From: Octopus vulgaris
Taxonomy: Eukaryota
Reading direction: 5' to 3'
Length of the DNA: 64,000 nucleotides
Assembly (NCBI GenBank): GCA_951406725.2
Contig: OX597818.1
Coordinates: forward strand, 88,784,001-88,848,000
Part shown: positions 58,599 to 64,000 of the stretch, piece by piece
Layout of the letters: each line of letters starts with the position of its first letter
How positions within the stretch are numbered: position 1 is the first letter of the stretch
Notes under the pieces: generated by a model
Database searches by the model: none
Told to the model about the DNA's origin: nothing
What the model saw: only the letters and a program-made list of their open reading frames with translations
Made by a program: the position numbers and the translations under genes

Positions 58599-58646
58599 TA
58601 AATACACCAAATTTCGAAATGAAAGGAGAAATATCTCATCAGTCCA
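58599..58646 (-). ncRNA. Weak hammerhead candidate
   Basis: rc: ugga CUGAUGA GAUAU..AUUUC GAAA UUUGGUG UA uuua; core intact, stems poor. Confidence 0.4.
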
Positions 58647-59554
58647 TTCGCTAGGTAACTTGATTAGAATAGAAATATGAAATGTATACAGACACTGACG
58701 ATATATGCAAATATATGTAGTCATACTCACGCATATACAAGCACAAATCTGTACGTATGTATAACGTAGGCTACAGAAGTATAAAGATGGATATGATGAA
58801 TAGAGATGACAGATAAAAAGTTTTTAAATGCCAATCTGCCGAAAAATATTTCGTTAAATATCTGAGATTATGGGAAAAAATAGCCGAAAAAGTTTTAAAT
58901 GACATTCAACATACGAGCGTCAGGTGACATGCGTCATTCGTTCAACCAAAGAAATGGCGCGAACACTATGTAACAATTTTGTTTTTATATATCTTTGGTT
59001 AGTGTTATTTTCTATTTGTTTCTATCTAGAAATTGAAGGAAGTGACTACTATTCCCTTCATACTTTGCTTTTGTGATCAGATATCAATGTTTTGAAACTG
59101 ACCTATTTTTCATTACATTTCAGACAGATTCGACGCTGAATTGCTGAAGCATAAATATCGTATAGCAAATATTCTGGTCCAAACCACAGATTTGCTGGTT
59201 GTCTTTGATCAGTAAGTGTTATTTTCTATTTGCTTCTATCTAGAAATCAAAGGAACTGACTACTATCCCCTTCAAACTTTGGTTTTTTTTACTTGGACAT
59301 CAATGTTTTGAAGCTGACCTATTTTCCATTACACTTTAGACAGATCCAGCGCTGAATTGTTGAAGCAGATATACCATTACAACAAATATTATGTTCAATA
59401 TAAAATATATCGATATAGATGTATACATTTATACATTTTGTCGTTTACTTCTCGAAACATTAATTTACGGAGAAAAGCTTTACCTACGTGTGGACACAGA
59501 AACACTTACACATGTAGACTTACTTCCGTACATGCATACATACACACATATATA

Positions 59555-60840
59555 TTGGGTTGTCCGGAAAGTTCGTGCCGATTTATAGTAGCTTACTTTT
59601 CGACTTATTTTAGAACATGGTTGAATCCATAATATAGGATTTGACCACACCTCCATTTAGAGCACAGTTTATGCTATCTTTTCGGGGAAAGAAGTTTTAT
59701 GTTCCTATAACCTGTGATAATTCTGTAACCATTTAAAATGGAAGGCAAGAAAGTTCATTTTCGGCACATGATGCTTTCCTTTTTCCGTAAAGGGAAAAAT
59801 ACCTCACAAGCAACCAAAGAAATATGCGCAATTTACCGTGATGTTTCTTTATCCGAAATAACTGTACAGAAGTAGTTCACAAGGTTCCGAGTTGGACATT
59901 GTAGCCTTATTGATAAAGAGCGATCAGGCAAACAATCCACTACAGATGATGACCAAATCAAGTCATTAATTGAGAATAACTCATATTGTACAACCCGAGA
60001 ATTGGCAGAAAGCCTCAACCTATCAAAATCTCCGTCGTTCATGAGCACCTGGTAGAGCTTGGGTACACAAATCGCTACGATGTTTGGGTACTACATGAGT
60101 TGAGTGAGAAGAACATTTTGGACCGCATTTCCATCTGTGATTCGCTTTATAAACGGAATGAAAACGCGCCTTTTTTAAAGCAAATTGTGACAGGTGATGA
60201 GAAATGGATTATCTACTGAAATGTTCAGAGAAAGCGACCTGGAGTAAGCTATATGAGCCACCCTAAGCCACCACAAAAGCGGGTGTTCATCCTAAAAAAG
60301 TCTTCCTTTGTGTCTGGTGGAATTGGAAAGGAATTCTGTACTATGAGCTTCTCCCAAGTAACCAGACAATTGATTCTGAGAAATACTGCACACAACTGGA
60401 CGAGTTAGACACAGCAATTCAAGAGAAACGTCCAGATTTGGCCAACAGAAAGGGTGTTGTTTTCCAACACGATAAAGCAAAACCGCACGTTTCTTTGGGA
60501 ACCAGACAAAAATTGCTGCAGCTAGGCTGGGATGTGTTACCCCACCCTCCATAGTCACCAGATATTGCTCCTTCGGATTTACACTTATTCAGGTCTCTGC
60601 AGAATAGTCTTAATGGTAAAAATTTCAATTCCTTGGATGACGTAAAAATATACCTTGATGAATTCTTTGCCATAAACCACCTCAATTCTGGGAAGAGGGT
60701 ATTTTCAAGTGAAAGGAAAAATGGAGACGCATTGTGCAACAAAATGGTTCATATTCGGTTGATTAAAAATGTAATAGCAAGTATGTATTCATTTTTTTTC
60801 TTTACTTTAAAGATCGGCACGAATTTTTCGGACAACCCAA
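59555..60840 (+). mobile_element. Full-length 1,286-bp mariner (DD34D), TA TSD
   Basis: TIRs ttgggttgtccggaaagttcgtgccgat / atcggcacgaatttttcggacaacccaa flanked by TA. Confidence 0.95.
59738..60766 (+). pseudogene. mariner transposase pseudogene (stops and frameshifts)
   Basis: MEGKKVHFRH.., WVLHEL, IVTGDEKWI, HPKKVFLCVWW, HDKAKPH, HPP*SPDIAPSDLHLF. Confidence 0.93.
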
Positions 60841-61044
60841 TACATATATACATACGCGCGCACACACACACACACAAACACACACATACACTCAGTAATA
60901 TTTATGTGTAGATTTACATATATGTATAAACGTATGTATGTATGCATGTTTCTTATGTGGTGGTTTAATAAAGTATGTGATTGGGTATTATCTGGTAATT
61001 GATATTTGATTTGGATGTATTTCTCCATTTTCTTATTTTGTATC

Positions 61045-61088
<44 letters not shown>

Positions 61089-61200
61089 ATACATACTTAT
61101 ATACATATACATAAATATGTATTTATATACGTATATATACACATATATATATACACACATACACATACATTTGTATATGTATATATATATATATACATAT

Positions 61201-61659
61201 ATAATAGAAATATCAAAATTACTAAGTCTCTCTAAAGGAGATTACGGCAGCGTTACTGGATATTAATAGTTATCGCCATACTAATATGGTAGTCTATAAA
61301 TATAAGACTAAACCTGCCGTAATCTCCTTTAGAGAGACTTAGTAATTTTAATATTTCTATTATTGAAAACAAGTGGATGTATTCCACTTTATCTAGGTAA
61401 ATAAAATTTTCGAACAGACGGTCAGTAGCGACACCTGCGGGTCTGACTACGCTGCATTGATAAAGGGCAACAACCCTGAAACATGTATGCAGATGTCTGA
61501 CTAGCAAGGTGAAGCGGCTGACCTCCCCTGTTCGAAGGTTGTAATGGACGCAGGTTGGTGTGTCATATAGCTAGCTAGAGGCGATTGCCTCTTGGAGCTA
61601 ATCCGCGACAGATTTAGTCTTATATTTATAGACTACCATATTAGTATGGCGATAACTAT
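61201..61659 (+). mobile_element. Non-coding HHR-bearing ~360-nt unit with 5' inverted duplication, in (TA)n
   Basis: A'(61201-61250) s B'(61266-61312) A(61314-61363) M B(61613-61659); A/A' have 1 mismatch in 50 and B/B' are identical over 47. Confidence 0.75.
61452..61492 (+). ncRNA. Minimal type-I hammerhead, intact U3-A8 variant
   Basis: cugca UUGAUAA AGGG caacaa CCCU GAAA CAUG UA ugcag; all stems perfect, stem III ACAUGU palindromic. Confidence 0.82.
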
Positions 61660-61665
61660 ATATAT

Positions 61666-61727
<62 letters not shown>

Positions 61728-62289
61728 TTAAACACACATATACATGATATATCATTAAGAGTCGGAGTTAATTTTCACCAAAGCAAAATTTCATGTTGTA
61801 TGTTATTTGTTATACCTGTATTTACGAGGAAATTTCCCTTATTTAATTTTCATTTCAATTATATATGTGTGCGTGTATACCTACATACATATATGCATAC
61901 ATATACATATACACACAAAGGCATAACACCATACATATAGATGATTCATGTATACATACACACATAAAATGCATATTTGTGTATACACATTTATATCTAA
62001 ATACATACATACATACATAAATACATACATACATATATGTACCATGCATGCATACATAAACACATACCTAAGATCATATATACACGCACACAGACATTTA
62101 TATATACATGTATATATACATAATTACATACTTTCGTATATACATACATACACACATACACACAATGCAATGGATGCATACATGCATTCATGTATGCAGC
62201 ACGTGGAATGTTTAAATGTACAAATTTTTATTAAAAACATGCACACACGTGGTATTTTGTTTTTCTCAGTATACATTTATATGTATGTC

Positions 62290-62486
62290 AATACATGCGC
62301 ATATTTATATACATACATATACATATATATATATATATACATATACATAAATATACATATATATACATATATATACATAAATATATACATACATATACAT
62401 ATATATATATACATATACATAGATATACATATATATATATATACATAAATATATACATACATATATATACATATATATATACATAA

Positions 62487-62524
<38 letters not shown>

Positions 62525-62578
62525 ACATATATATATATACATATATATGTACATATATATACATACATATACATATAT

Positions 62579-62609
<31 letters not shown>

Positions 62610-62942
62610 TACATACATATATATATATATACATATACGTACATAGACATATACATATATATATGCATATATATAATATATATATGCATATTTATATACA
62701 TATACATATATATGCATATATATATATACATGCATATATATATACATATATATAAATGCTTATATATATAAACATATATATACATATATATATGTGCATA
62801 TATATATAAACATATATATACATATATATGCATATATATATATATACATATATATACATACATATATACATGCATATATACATATATATATACGTATATA
62901 TACATATATATGCATATATATACACATATATATATATACATA

Positions 62943-63008
<66 letters not shown>
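62290..63008. repeat. ~720-bp degenerate (TA/CATA)n microsatellite (representative of dozens of TA, CA, TAGA and CATA arrays)
   Basis: Directly visible. Confidence 0.95.
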
Positions 63009-63011
<3 letters not shown>

Positions 63012-63303
63012 CTTAATAATTAATAGTCGAACTCTATACATCAACATTTTGACATATCTGGAAAATAAAAATAAAAATATTCGATATTTTGACTTTTAAT
63101 GTTAATGCTTCTGTCAGAAAGAAATAGGAAGATGACAGGCGGGCAGGGGGTTGCGAGTGTGCAAAATTCTGCCAATGTTAGTGTGCATATGTGCATTTGG
63201 CATAACGACGTGTACTATATTGCTTGAATGTATGTGTGCACGCGTAAGTTTAAGGTACAGTAATTTTTTTAATAACTTTCTTTATATGTGCGTGAGTGTG
63301 TAT

Positions 63304-63364
<61 letters not shown>

Positions 63365-63398
63365 ATTCTCTCTTTTTGTGTATATCTATATCTATCTG

Positions 63399-63477
<79 letters not shown>

Positions 63478-64000
63478 ATGACACTCTTGTCATCCTAAAA
63501 ACCAGTTAGCATTACTTTTTGTTCTTGAAGTAGAGCTGTAACACCATTCATGGACTGAGGTCATAAAAAAATACAGTTACAAAAGTGAGAAATTGTTACC
63601 AACTAAACTGCGAAGTATGCTAATATTTATGAGCTTTTGAGTACCACTTCGAGGAAGGAGTGATTTTCACAACTACAAGTAGCTTTTCAAGCTGTTCCGA
63701 TATATATTTTAATATGAAAGCTCACCGAGACATATTTGTCAAACTAGCAGGTCATTCCCAAAAAGAGTGACACGACAGCGACAGCAAATTAGTCAGTTGT
63801 ACACAATTAGTCAGCTGTACACAATACTGAATCAGTATACTCATAACTGTGGAGGACAAACCTAGCAGAATTTGACTATTTTTCTTTTTTTATCAGTGTG
63901 GCGATTTAACGACTAAAACCAGAATCATTCGTTATATGCTCTGAGTGAATTGTGTCTGGGTAGATAAATCTTACGTCCTTTAGCACTACCTTGTTTACGT

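Overview
AT-rich, microsatellite-saturated eukaryotic DNA. The SINE/MITE repertoire suggests a cephalopod, probably Octopus; this is an inference from recalled repeat families, not a database match. Nearly all supplied ORFs are translations of simple repeats, and no host gene could be identified with confidence. Recognisable coding remnants all come from transposons: two Dong/R4-like RLE retrotransposon fragments in (TAA)n, a Penelope-like (PLE) RT-thumb/GIY-YIG fragment, a 1,286-bp mariner and its derivatives, a DD37D (maT) fragment and a Helitron Pif1 fragment. Two abundant tRNA-derived SINE families, several MITEs/foldbacks and a tRNA-Asp pseudogene are also present. The main unexpected signal is about a dozen type-I hammerhead-ribozyme (HHR) motifs, mostly minimal, from several dissimilar small elements, most of them next to (TA)n or (TAA)n tracts. 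They show all three of C3-G8, U3-A8 and A3-U8 at the 3-8 core pair. Two lie in ~340-360-nt units that share a 5' inverted-duplication signature with the coding PLE fragment, and one lies downstream of a tRNA-derived Pol III head. All structures were folded by eye and no activity has been shown.
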